Assembly (NCBI GenBank): GCA_030950485.1
Contig: JAUZRK010000001.1
Location: 103,998 to 167,997 of the forward strand
DNA: 64,000 nt
Direction of reading: 5' to 3'
From: Candidatus Dojkabacteria bacterium
GTDB taxonomy: Bacteria > Patescibacteriota > Dojkabacteria > J137
Under the pieces are notes generated by a model that saw only the letters and a program-made list of their open reading frames with translations, ran no database searches and was not told where the DNA came from. The position numbers and the translations under genes are program-made. Below are positions 1 to 9,543 of the stretch, in pieces (position 1 is the stretch's first letter; every line of letters starts with the position of its first letter).

Positions 1-8
1 TTGATTTA

Positions 9-38
9 AAAGGAGATCGTAGTAATACGATCTCCTTT
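9..38. terminator. Intrinsic terminator-like hairpin downstream of recJ
   Basis: 13-bp perfect stem AAAGGAGATCGTA/TACGATCTCCTTT, loop GTAA. Confidence 0.7.
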
Positions 39-73
39 GTTATTAAAAATATCTTAAATTTTCAAAATATTAA

Positions 74-1798
74 TCAAGAAAATTCAGTTGCACGTACATC
101 TTTCAATATAAGATTAATCTTCCTATTCCCATTCCATTCATTTATATCTAGATAGCCAGCTAGATCGAGAGTAGAGTAGTCTTTAATTTTAAACTTTTCT
201 TTAAAATTAAAACCAATAGCTTCTATTGGTGAGGACTCTGATTTTACAATAAATTTCAAATGCGTTTTATCCCTACCTATTTCTAATTTATCAATAATCT
301 CACACCCCATAAGAGCTACTGTTGGTTTAGCGTTACCATAGCCAAAAGGTTGTAGTAAATTCAATTTTTCTATTACTCCAAAGTCAAGATTTTTCAATGC
401 TATTACCCCGTCTATGCTTAGAGTTTCTTCAATATCTCCCTGACTTATTTCTTCATCAATATATTTTTTTAGATTCGTTGAAAAAGAATTGAGAGCAGAG
501 TAATCTAAACTAAAGCCAGCTGCGCCTGCATGACCTCCATGTCTAAGTAGGTCACTATCTAGCTCTTTAAGAGTTTCAGCCAAATTAAGATACCCAGGGC
601 TTCTTGCAGAACCCTTTAATATACCTTCATCAGTATTATAAGAACAAACAAATGTAGGTTTATTGTATTTTTGTGAAAGTTTTCCAGCTATTAGACCAAT
701 TATCCCTTCAGGCCAATTTTCTCCATATACAAGAATATGCTTATCCTGTTTATCAAGTTTAGCCTCAGCTTCTTCATAAACCTCTTTTGTAATATTTTGT
801 CTCCTTATATTTAATTCATTTAATTCGCCAGCATATTGCCTAGCGTGTTCTTCAGAACTAGTAGACAATAATCTAACTCCTCCCATAGCAGTTTCTAATC
901 GTCCGGCTGCATTTAATCTTGGGCCAATAATATATCCTAAATGATATGTTGAAGCTTCTTTAATATCTGAGCCTGCAATTTCAAACAGTGCATTAATTCC
1001 TGGATTAGTACTATTTTTCATCTTATCTAATCCAAGCTTTACGATAGCTCGATTTTCATCTATTAACGGCATAACATCACAAACTGTTCCTAAAGCTGCT
1101 AGTTCAAGATAGGAATTAGCATCAAAGTTTTTATCATAAATAATCCCATCTACTGAATTATTAGTTAAATATTTGGATATAGCTTTACAAACTTTCCAAG
1201 AAACTACCGCTCCACAAACCTCCTTGAAAGGGTAATCACCTAATTTCGGATGTACAACTGCTTTAGCGTATTTAGAAATTGCATATTCGCCTTCAATAAT
1301 AACTTTATCTTGTATTTCGTCAGCAACTTCAGAAGCATTTAGCAGAGTATGGTGGTCAGTTATTAAAAAATCAATTTTTTCTTTATACTTTTCAACTAGT
1401 AATACATCTTTAACTCCGCAATCAACAGTTATTATTAGCTCCCCTCCAGCTTCGATTATATTGCCTATTGATTCATCAGATAATCCGTATCCTTCATCAA
1501 ATCTACTTGGTATGTAGGGTACAACGTCAGCTCCCAATCTTCTGTATAAAAAGTCCCACATTATGCTAGTAGCTGTTATTCCATCGGCATCAAAATCTCC
1601 ATGTATAAGGATCTTTTTCTTATCCCTAACAGCACCTAGAATAGTATCTATAGCCTTATCAATATTAAGTAATAGAGTAGGGGAGTGAATCTGATCGAGA
1701 GTGGGATTTAAAAACCCATCTATATCATTTATATTTCTCTTAGATAACAAAAAGCTAAAGAAGTTATCCGAAGATTCTTCCGGTAATATCCATTTCAT
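74..1798 (-). CDS. recJ: Single-stranded-DNA exonuclease RecJ
   Basis: DHH motifs HGDFDADG, TVDCG, TDHH, GTVCDVMPL, PRLNAAGR, GGHAGAAG. Confidence 0.97.
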   Translation of the reverse strand: MKWILPEESSDNFFSFLLSKRNINDIDGFLNPTLDQIHSPTLLLNIDKAIDTILGAVRDKKKILIHGDFDADGITATSIMWDFLYRRLGADVVPYIPSRFDEGYGLSDESIGNIIEAGGELIITVDCGVKDVLLVEKYKEKIDFLITDHHTLLNASEVADEIQDKVIIEGEYAISKYAKAVVHPKLGDYPFKEVCGAVVSWKVCKAISKYLTNNSVDGIIYDKNFDANSYLELAALGTVCDVMPLIDENRAIVKLGLDKMKNSTNPGINALFEIAGSDIKEASTYHLGYIIGPRLNAAGRLETAMGGVRLLSTSSEEHARQYAGELNELNIRRQNITKEVYEEAEAKLDKQDKHILVYGENWPEGIIGLIAGKLSQKYNKPTFVCSYNTDEGILKGSARSPGYLNLAETLKELDSDLLRHGGHAGAAGFSLDYSALNSFSTNLKKYIDEEISQGDIEETLSIDGVIALKNLDFGVIEKLNLLQPFGYGNAKPTVALMGCEIIDKLEIGRDKTHLKFIVKSESSPIEAIGFNFKEKFKIKDYSTLDLAGYLDINEWNGNRKINLILKDVRATEFS

Positions 1799-1852
1799 TG
1801 TAATAATTTTAAAATTACTTATAACAACTCGATATTATAAGAGATTTTAAAA

Positions 1853-2548
1853 CTAACTATTTTTAACTACATTACCCCCTTCAGAAACAAATCTATCTTC
1901 TTTATTTTCTTCAAATGCTTTAACTTCGTCCCTATCATACCATTTTAAGAATTTTTTTAGTCCATAAGTTGCAAATACAGCAGCTATTATTAACGTTACT
2001 GCAACTATACCTACAGTCCTAATTAAATTAGTAGTCTTTGCAGATTTATATTCATCAGTAATTGGAAGAATTTCCCCATCAATATTTGAGGCGTAATTTT
2101 TTCTTACAGTAACTACAAATGAATTATTTAATTCAAATGATTCAATTTTACCTATTAGTTCTGTAATACCTTGCCCAGTTGGTATAATTGTAATAGGGAG
2201 AATGTATTCACCTCCATCCTCTATACTTGTTACGCTTACTGAAGATTGTGGATATTTAAAGGCGCTCTTACCATCTAAAGTCCAAGTAACCCTAACTTTA
2301 TCTGAAGTCACTCTTGATGTCAGTTTTATTCCAAATTCTATTTCCTTACTTTTAGGGTCCTGTGTTTTTTGAAAAAATTCAGCTCTTAGTCCTGGTATGT
2401 CATCAATTACCGCATCAATATTCTCTTCACGCAGTATTTCTTCTGTTGGTTGCGAGTCTACTTGTGCTAAAAGTGGGGTAGCTAAGGAAAAACTTAGTAT
2501 GAACATTAGTAGCAGTGAAGTAGAAAATTTTTGAATATTTTTCGTCAT
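1853..2548 (-). CDS. Membrane-anchored hypothetical protein
   Basis: Signal peptide-like N-terminus, beta-rich middle, C-terminal TM helix. Confidence 0.75.
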   Translation of the reverse strand: MTKNIQKFSTSLLLMFILSFSLATPLLAQVDSQPTEEILREENIDAVIDDIPGLRAEFFQKTQDPKSKEIEFGIKLTSRVTSDKVRVTWTLDGKSAFKYPQSSVSVTSIEDGGEYILPITIIPTGQGITELIGKIESFELNNSFVVTVRKNYASNIDGEILPITDEYKSAKTTNLIRTVGIVAVTLIIAAVFATYGLKKFLKWYDRDEVKAFEENKEDRFVSEGGNVVKNS

Positions 2549-2659
2549 AGTTCATTCTAATGCTTAATGATTCATTTTTCTACAAATTTCTTATCACGTG
2601 AAATATTCTCGAAAGAATTCCTTGAAAACTTTAGCTTGTTTAGGATATAATCAACTAAC

Positions 2660-2880
2660 GCTTTGAAGGAGAATACGTCGCTCCGGAGCACCAGAAAGAA
2701 AAGAGATAAGCAATAAGATAAAAGATTTAAGACAAAAATGTTCTTACTTCTTAGTTCTTATACCTTATTTCTTATTAGAAATTGGCGGGTAAGCCCGAGA
2801 AAGCTGTAATTAAGTGCCCATCTAAACAAAGTTTAGGTTGGGAAAAGGGGTGGTAACACCGTGACTTCATAGGTCCCCTA
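2660..2880 (+). ncRNA. T-box leader (valine) upstream of four-helix-bundle gene and valS
   Basis: Antiterminator AGGGG-TGGTAAC-ACC...GGT-CCCCT at 2846-2879; UGGU fits tRNA-Val A73; candidate GTA specifier 2806-2808; precedes valS. Confidence 0.75.
2699..2776. repeat. Gene-less heptamer hairpin (TAAGAnn arm / TTCTTAn arm) inside the T-box leader
   Basis: aaagaga taagcaa taagata aaagatt taagaca ... ttcttac ttcttag ttcttat accttat ttcttat. Confidence 0.8.
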
Positions 2881-2890
2881 AAAGTTGAAT

Positions 2891-2918
2891 TAAGATTTAA
2901 GTAATAAGATCTAAGACT
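2891..2918 (+). repeat. Left arm (4 x 7-mer) of inverted repeat enclosing four-helix-bundle gene
   Basis: taagatt taagtaa taagatc taagact; reverse complement matches 3277-3304 at 26/28. Confidence 0.9.
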
Positions 2919-2921
2919 TTT

Positions 2922-3284
2922 ATGGTGGACTTTACAAAACTAAACATCTGGATTCGTGCTAAGAATTTATCCGTTGAGATATATAGACTTACAGATGATT
3001 ATCCTAAAATAGAACAATTTGGCATCTCAAATCAAATGAGGCGAGCAGCGACTTCAGTTCCAGCAAATATATCTGAAGGGTGTAGCCGGGATTCTAAAAA
3101 AGATTTTTCTTATTTTTTAAGCATAAGCATTGGTTCACTAAATGAGATCTATACTTTTCTAGAAATCTTCTCAGATCTGAAATATCTACAATTAAGCAAG
3201 AAGAATACACTTATTAAAGAAATTAATGAACTTAAAAGCATGATCTATTCTTATAAAAAAAAACTTAAGACTAAGGAGTCTTAG
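2922..3284 (+). CDS. Four helix bundle protein (23S rRNA IVP / Avd-like)
   Basis: FTKLNIW, YPKIEQFGISNQMRRAATSVPANISEG, FLSISIGSLNE; 120 aa. Confidence 0.93.
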   Translation: MVDFTKLNIWIRAKNLSVEIYRLTDDYPKIEQFGISNQMRRAATSVPANISEGCSRDSKKDFSYFLSISIGSLNEIYTFLEIFSDLKYLQLSKKNTLIKEINELKSMIYSYKKKLKTKES

Positions 3285-3318
3285 ATCTTATGTCTTAAAT
3301 CTTATATCTTATATCTTT
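3277..3318 (+). repeat. Right arm (6 x 7-mer) of inverted repeat, overlapping the stop codon
   Basis: agtctta gatctta tgtctta aatctta tatctta tatcttt. Confidence 0.9.
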
Positions 3319-3324
3319 AAATAA

Positions 3325-6189
3325 ATGGCATTACCAAAAGGAGCTTACAATCCAAAAGAAAATGAACAAACTATACTTGATAGGTGGTTAGAAGCTTGTG
3401 CTTACAAACCCGAATATGATCCAAAGGAGAGCAGAGTAGTTAGTTTTGAGGAAATGAAAAATGATTCAAGAGAGGCGTGGAGTTTAATCTGTCCACCTCC
3501 AAATGCTTACGGAAGACCTCATATTGGAAATATTTCTGGATATGCATATATGGACGTAATGGCGAGATTTCAGAGAATGAATGGGAAAAAAGTTTTAGTT
3601 TTGCCAGGTAAAGACCATGCTGGTCTCGAAGGAGAGGGAGTATTCGTTAGAGAAGTACTTGAAAAGCAAAAAAGAGACAAATTCGACATGAAAAGAGAAG
3701 AGTTCTATTCAGAAATGATGGATTTCTTTGAAAACAATATGGATATTGCTATGAAAGATGAGAAAGAAATTGGACTTTCTGCAGATTTTGATAGAGATAC
3801 TTTTACACTTGACCCTGATATTGTAGAGACTGTTTTAGATACATTTGTTGAAATGTATAACGCAGGAATGATTTATAAGGGGGTTAGATTAATCAACTGG
3901 GATCCAAAGGCCAGAACTGCAGTTGCAGACAATCAAATACTTTATAAGGAATCAAAGACGCCTTTCTTTTATTTTAAGTATATTTATAAAACTGGAGACG
4001 AGAAAAGGGCCATTGAGCTGAAAAATGAATTTGAAGGAAAAGAGCTTGAATGGAACTATGAAAGAAATATGACAAAAGACGGGAAAGAGGATTTAACTTT
4101 TTCATATGGTCATTTGGATAATCTTGAGATTATGGGATATGGATACAGTAACGTCCAATCAGGAGACAAAATCAGGGGTAGAGTAGTGGGCATACAAATG
4201 AGGTTGGATAGTAAATACCGATTAGTGGTTATCCATCCTGACTATTCAGGAGACATCAAAAATGATATTGCTCAAACATTTTTATTCGAAGCAAAGTACT
4301 ACGCTGGAGCACACATTCTTTTATTCGAAGAGAATTCAAATGATTCAGATTATACAAATGGATTTGTAATTGGAACAGTACGACCTGAAACTGTATTTTC
4401 AGACACGGCAATAGCTTGTGATCCAAAAGATGAAAGATACAAAGAATTTGTTGGAAAAGAGGTTGAAGTAGAGTTCTTAGGAGAGAAGAAAAAATTAAAC
4501 TTCATTGCAGATTTTGCAGTTGATAAAGATTTTGGAACAGGTTTACTTAAGGTAACTCCAGCCCATGCAAAAGAAGACTGGGAGATTGCAAGCAGACATC
4601 CTGAAGAATGTTTACCTGCTATTCAGTGTATTAATTATGATTTAACAATGAATCATATATCTGGAGAGAAATATTCTGGTAAAAAGGCAAAACTTGTTAG
4701 AACTGAAATGAGAGAGGATATGTTAAAGAAGGGAAATCTTGTTTACGTTAATGATGAATACGAGAATAAAATACAGGTTGCAGAAAGAACTGAAGCCCCA
4801 ATCGAGCCTTTATTGTCTTCTCAGTGGTATTTAAGATACGACGGTATAAAGGAAGCTACAATTTTAATGGCGTTTAATGAGCATAATGATGATACAAATT
4901 TGGAACAGAGCAGAGAAGAACTGGAAGAGATATTGGAGAAATTCAATTCCGTAGGGGCAAATAATTATTTGCCCCTACGGAACGATTTACCCTTACAGAA
5001 GAGTTTACCTGAACAGAATGAAGATATTGAAACGAGAACAGATTCAAAGGCAACGAACCCGCAACCAGAGACCCATAACTCAGTTCACATACACCCCGAA
5101 ACAATGGTTCCAAAGTTTAATCATTGGATGAATAATTTAAGGGATTGGGCAATTTCAAGAAGTTTATGGTGGGGGTATAGATTGCCGGTTTGGTATTCAG
5201 GAGAGGTTAAGGAGGTTATTGATGAGAATGGACAGGTAAAGGAGTTGATTATGCAAAATGGTACATTTGTTGAATTAGAATATGCTAATCCAGAGCATAT
5301 TAAAGTACAGAAAGAATCACCTGGAGAAAGCTGGATCCAAGACGAAAACGTACTCGACACTTGGTTTAGTTCTGGGCAATGGGTTTATGCGACATTAAGA
5401 AAACATAATTTAATGGATGAATTTTTCCCATCAGACGTTATGGTTTCAGGTTTTGACATAATGGAGAATTGGATTAGTAGGATGATGATGTTTACTTATT
5501 TTAAAGAGAAGTCTATTCCGTTTAAGGATGTATATCTAACAGGATTGGTAAAAGGTACAGATGGACAGAAAATGAGTAAGTCAAAAGGTAACTTAATAAA
5601 CATTGACGAGGTTAGAGAAAAATACGGAACTGACGCGGTTAGAATGGTTTATTATTACCAAAATACTGCTGGTGCTGATTATGCAATGACTTATGAGAAG
5701 CTTGATACATTTAAGAAGTTTGTAAATAAGATTTGGAATGCGAGTAAATTCGTAGAGATGAATGTTGATGGCTCCGAAGGCGTAGGGACAAATAATAATT
5801 TGTCCTTACAAGATTTTCAATTGCCAGAGACAAAAGCCTTATTTAATCACATTCAAGAAATTAAAGAACAGATTACAAAGAATATTGAATCATTCGAGTT
5901 AGGTCATGCAACCTACAACCTTTATCATGGGTTCTGGCATGAATTTGCAGATGTCCATATTGAGGCTGTAAAGAAATATACTTATACTCAAAGAGATAAA
6001 GAAACAGGAGAGATAATTAGTGAGCCAAAGGCTGAAGAAAAAATTGAGGTGGGTAGAGTGTTGCTGTATGCTTTAAAGAATTACCTAAAAATGCTACATC
6101 CATTTATGCCATTTGTAACTCAAAGAATTTGGGATGAGTTAGAAAAGGAAGAGGGGGAGCATGAGTTTTTGATGTATTGCAAGTGGTAA
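3325..6189 (+). CDS. valS: Valine--tRNA ligase with insertions, lacking C-terminal coiled coil
   Basis: PPPNAYGRPHIGN, PGKDHAG, RPET, DWAISRSLWWGYR, DTWFSS, KMSKS. Confidence 0.96.
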   Translation: MALPKGAYNPKENEQTILDRWLEACAYKPEYDPKESRVVSFEEMKNDSREAWSLICPPPNAYGRPHIGNISGYAYMDVMARFQRMNGKKVLVLPGKDHAGLEGEGVFVREVLEKQKRDKFDMKREEFYSEMMDFFENNMDIAMKDEKEIGLSADFDRDTFTLDPDIVETVLDTFVEMYNAGMIYKGVRLINWDPKARTAVADNQILYKESKTPFFYFKYIYKTGDEKRAIELKNEFEGKELEWNYERNMTKDGKEDLTFSYGHLDNLEIMGYGYSNVQSGDKIRGRVVGIQMRLDSKYRLVVIHPDYSGDIKNDIAQTFLFEAKYYAGAHILLFEENSNDSDYTNGFVIGTVRPETVFSDTAIACDPKDERYKEFVGKEVEVEFLGEKKKLNFIADFAVDKDFGTGLLKVTPAHAKEDWEIASRHPEECLPAIQCINYDLTMNHISGEKYSGKKAKLVRTEMREDMLKKGNLVYVNDEYENKIQVAERTEAPIEPLLSSQWYLRYDGIKEATILMAFNEHNDDTNLEQSREELEEILEKFNSVGANNYLPLRNDLPLQKSLPEQNEDIETRTDSKATNPQPETHNSVHIHPETMVPKFNHWMNNLRDWAISRSLWWGYRLPVWYSGEVKEVIDENGQVKELIMQNGTFVELEYANPEHIKVQKESPGESWIQDENVLDTWFSSGQWVYATLRKHNLMDEFFPSDVMVSGFDIMENWISRMMMFTYFKEKSIPFKDVYLTGLVKGTDGQKMSKSKGNLINIDEVREKYGTDAVRMVYYYQNTAGADYAMTYEKLDTFKKFVNKIWNASKFVEMNVDGSEGVGTNNNLSLQDFQLPETKALFNHIQEIKEQITKNIESFELGHATYNLYHGFWHEFADVHIEAVKKYTYTQRDKETGEIISEPKAEEKIEVGRVLLYALKNYLKMLHPFMPFVTQRIWDELEKEEGEHEFLMYCKW
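4947..4982. repeat. REP-like GTAG palindrome in frame in valS (SVGANNYLPLR)
   Basis: Perfect 36-bp palindrome TTCCGTAGGGGCAAATAATTATTTGCCCCTACGGAA. Confidence 0.92.
5782..5809. repeat. Second REP-like palindrome in valS (VGTNNNLSLQ)
   Basis: GTAGGGACAAAT-AATA-ATTTGTCCTTAC. Confidence 0.85.
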
Positions 6190-6218
6190 AGTCGAAGATT
6201 TAAGTTTTAAGATATAAG

Positions 6219-6243
6219 AAGGTGCCAAATTTCTTGGCACCTT
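6219..6243 (+). terminator. Hairpin after valS, preceded by a TAAG-type heptamer run (6187-6220)
   Basis: AAGGTGCCAA-ATTTC-TTGGCACCTT 10-bp stem; no clear U-tract. Confidence 0.55.
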
Positions 6244-6289
6244 AGCTAAAAGAAATGGGATTACAAAACATGAACAAAAACAACTTCTT

Positions 6290-6754
6290 TTGCGACTAAA
6301 TAAACTAGAGCCGGGATTTTTTCCATTAGATATATTTCACGAATTTTGTAGACTAACTACTACTTCAGTTATTGAGTTAGTTCCATTTTATAAAGATAAT
6401 AAAGGAGAATTATTTGTTCATCTTGTAAAAAGACAGACAACCGATCCATTTTGGCCAAATATGTGGCATAACGTTGGTTCTGTAATTAGAGCTAGTGATA
6501 ATTTCGAAAGTGTAATAAAGAGATTAATTACTGAAGAGATCGGATTAAAGCAGAGTAGTACTGTAAAACCTACTTATTATGATCACTTCATAGAAAATAG
6601 TTTAAGAGGTAATACTTCGGCATTAATCTATTACATCCTACTTAATGAGGTCCCAGTAAATGGCAAGCTTTTCAATATTGCTAAGTTACCAAATGATCTT
6701 ATTGAATACCAAAAGAGATATATATTAAGGTGTTCAGATCATATTTTTTCCTAA
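6290..6754 (+). CDS. NUDIX-like protein (start uncertain)
   Basis: LVKR...WPNMWHNVGSVIRASDNFESVIKRLITEEIG resembles a degenerate Nudix box. Confidence 0.65.
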   Translation: MRLNKLEPGFFPLDIFHEFCRLTTTSVIELVPFYKDNKGELFVHLVKRQTTDPFWPNMWHNVGSVIRASDNFESVIKRLITEEIGLKQSSTVKPTYYDHFIENSLRGNTSALIYYILLNEVPVNGKLFNIAKLPNDLIEYQKRYILRCSDHIFS

Positions 6755-6896
6755 AAAAAATAATATTGATATCATCAAAAGATAAACAATAGATATTTTA
6801 CAAGTTCACCTAAAACCCCCAGCTCAGAGTATATGAAAACATTCGACTACTGATGATATATATTGGTAACATATAGTAAAAATGCTATAATAATAT

Positions 6897-7691
6897 ATGG
6901 CAGAAAATACTATTGAATTACATATAACCAACGATCCATCAATAAAGGAGAGTGAAATACTTACTGAAGAGGGCTTACTAGACTTTTGGGCTGAAGATAT
7001 AAATTTTTCTTGGGATATATTATCGGAATTCTTTGAATATATAGGTAATAACCAATTGGATCCTCTTCAAACACTTAAAGCAAATTCAAATTCGTTCTTA
7101 CCTATGGTATTAGCAATAGATCACCTACCTAAAGATACGATGTACTTTGGGATTTGGCAGAGACCTTCGAAATACCTTGGCGAGGGAGATCATGAGCTCA
7201 TACTACAGGATAGACGCGTGCTTTTTAATTCTCTTATTAAATCTCAAGCAAGAAACAGCACTCCTCATCTATCTGATGTAAATAATATAATAAATAGCCC
7301 AAACATAGGCAAAACACTAGTTGAAAAACTGTCCCAAGATGGTATCGATCTATACACTAGATACCTTAGCTTTATGTCTGATAAATATCAGGTAGCACAG
7401 CTATCAGACAATGTAATAAATAACAAATTTTTTTGTGGGGCAAATTATGCAACATTCATCTTGACACAGGGTATACATATGGTATACGTTCTACATGATG
7501 ATCCATTCTCTAGGGATAATTTTGATTCGATATCAAGTTGTGAACTACTCACTCTAATATTTATATTATTAAACGACGAATATAAGGAACTTCATCAGTA
7601 TATAAATATCACTTATGGGATTGATAAAATGGTTGTCAAAAATGAAGATGCTAACTATATCCCTACAAGACAAAGTCAACAGTCTACCTAG
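6897..7691 (+). CDS. Hypothetical protein
   Basis: 264-aa ORF; TGCTATAAT 5 nt upstream of ATG. Confidence 0.7.
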   Translation: MAENTIELHITNDPSIKESEILTEEGLLDFWAEDINFSWDILSEFFEYIGNNQLDPLQTLKANSNSFLPMVLAIDHLPKDTMYFGIWQRPSKYLGEGDHELILQDRRVLFNSLIKSQARNSTPHLSDVNNIINSPNIGKTLVEKLSQDGIDLYTRYLSFMSDKYQVAQLSDNVINNKFFCGANYATFILTQGIHMVYVLHDDPFSRDNFDSISSCELLTLIFILLNDEYKELHQYINITYGIDKMVVKNEDANYIPTRQSQQST

Positions 7692-7700
7692 TTAATCTTT

Positions 7701-9403
7701 CTACAGATTAACCAGTCTTATTTTCTCACTCCCATAATACTCCAAATCATACTTAGGTGTTTTATAACCAGGCAATCTCCACTCCTCCAATTTCTCTAGA
7801 TCTGCTTTACTAAGCTTAAAATTAACCGCATCAATGTTTTCTTTAAGATGAGAAATATTAGTTGATTTTACAATCGGCAATACCCCTTTATTTACTAAGT
7901 AATTGATTGCAATTTGAGTTGTCGTCATCTTGTATTTATCAGCAAGCTTATTTAGAACTTTGTCTTCTGTTCCTGCAAAGTAACCCATTCTTAATGGCCT
8001 ATATGCTATTACTAAGATATTATTTTTGTTACAAAAATCTACAACACCGCTTTCTTCTGAGGTTCTTACCACTAAATTATAATGAGTCTCATTTGCAACA
8101 ATTCCATGTTTAGTATATTTCAAAGCTTCTTTCATATGATTAACTGAGAAGTTACTTACAGTTATAGATTTGATTTTCCTGAGTCAACTAATCTATCTAA
8201 TTCTTTAAACATTTCTTCAAAACCCATTTCTTTCGCTAGAGCAGGGCTATGGATCATGAACGAATCTAAATAGTGTGTATCTAGAATTTCTAAGTATTCA
8301 TCAACTTGTCTTTCTAATTCTTTAACATCTTTAATATTTCTAGCCTTATGCATATTTGTAAATTTCCCATTTATAAATAGTGATTCTCTAGGATAGTCTT
8401 TAATAGCTTTTGCTGTAGTTTTAATTGATTCACCTTGCGAATAATCTAAACAGAAATCAATATAGTTTAATCCCTGACCAATTGAGTATCTTAAAGCGTC
8501 AATTTCCTGAAATTCGCTAGTATATTTATTTTTAAACATATATCCTCCAACGCCCCAAGTACCTATCCCCATGGCTGATATATCTTGTCCATTCAACTTC
8601 AACCTTGGAAACTTATTATTTGGACCATAGTACGTAGAGCTTCTTTCCCAAATAAAGTCGTACATACTTTTTAAAAGTTCTACAAAGAACTTATTTTTTA
8701 TTGTAATAACAGTGTAATCTCTAAATCCGTTATCTTTTGTTATTATTATTGTATTGTCAAAGATCATCAATTCTACACCAGTAAAAATATTGTGAGGTGG
8801 GACTCGCACTTCTTTAAATAAAGATTCAGAAGTATGTGCAATATCTGACGCACCATAAGGTTTAGCCATAGGAATCAATTGATGTAGGTATACCTTTTTA
8901 TCTAACCTCATCTTTAAGTATCCTTTTAAATATTTATAATGAGATTCATCATCATAAACTCTAGATTTTGTATTAATTATTTACCTAACCGGTAGTTCTT
9001 TTGCAGATAGTTGAGCTTCCATAGCATTTCTTTGCGCATCAACCCCTTTCTCAACTTTCATCCATGCTAGATTCTCATTGTTTTCTACAGCAAATCCTTG
9101 AAGATCTTCAACAACCTCTGCGATATTTCTAGCTTTCATATCTGCAGCTTGCTTTTCTTTATTTGCTAAGATATTTAATACTTCAGGGTCAGTTGCTTTA
9201 TAAGTAGAACCTCTTTTCTTTGGAATCTTAACTAGTAAACCTAATTCCTCTAGTTCATCTACTGATCTATATACTGTAGATTTATCATAATTTAGTTTAC
9301 CTGCAAGTTCCGCAGGGTTTTGTTCTCCGTTCTTTAAGAAATCTTCGTAGATTTTTATTTGGTAAATTGTAAGTCCTAGACTTGCTAGAGTAGAATAGTT
9401 CAT
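7701..9403 (-). pseudogene. TrmB-family HTH regulator fused to aldo/keto reductase, interrupted
   Basis: HTH N-terminus; in-frame TAA 8981-8983 then open frame into 8911 ORF; AKR motif MGIGTWGVGG; 1-nt shift ~8175 restores GKIKSITVSNF; then AYRPL, PIVKS, HLKEN. Confidence 0.8.
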
Positions 9404-9543
9404 AGTTTTTATTTATTACTAGAAGCAGTATAACACCATTAGCTATGGCATAGGTAGTTGCAATACAATACTACTAATTCACCAGTCGCTTAAATTGCAA
9501 CATACCTTACAATAGTGTATAATATGCTATACATAATATACAT

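Noticed and set aside
2922-3284. Diversity-generating retroelement, given the Avd-like protein
   Set aside because: No reverse transcriptase and no TR/VR pair with adenine-specific mismatches seen in the window.
3982-4359. Intein in ValRS
   Set aside because: No N-terminal Cys/Ser block or C-terminal His-Asn followed by Cys/Ser/Thr.
3277-6220. Inverted heptamer arms enclosing valS itself
   Set aside because: The 6187-6220 run is degenerate, and the 3277 arm has a much better, closer partner at 2891-2918.
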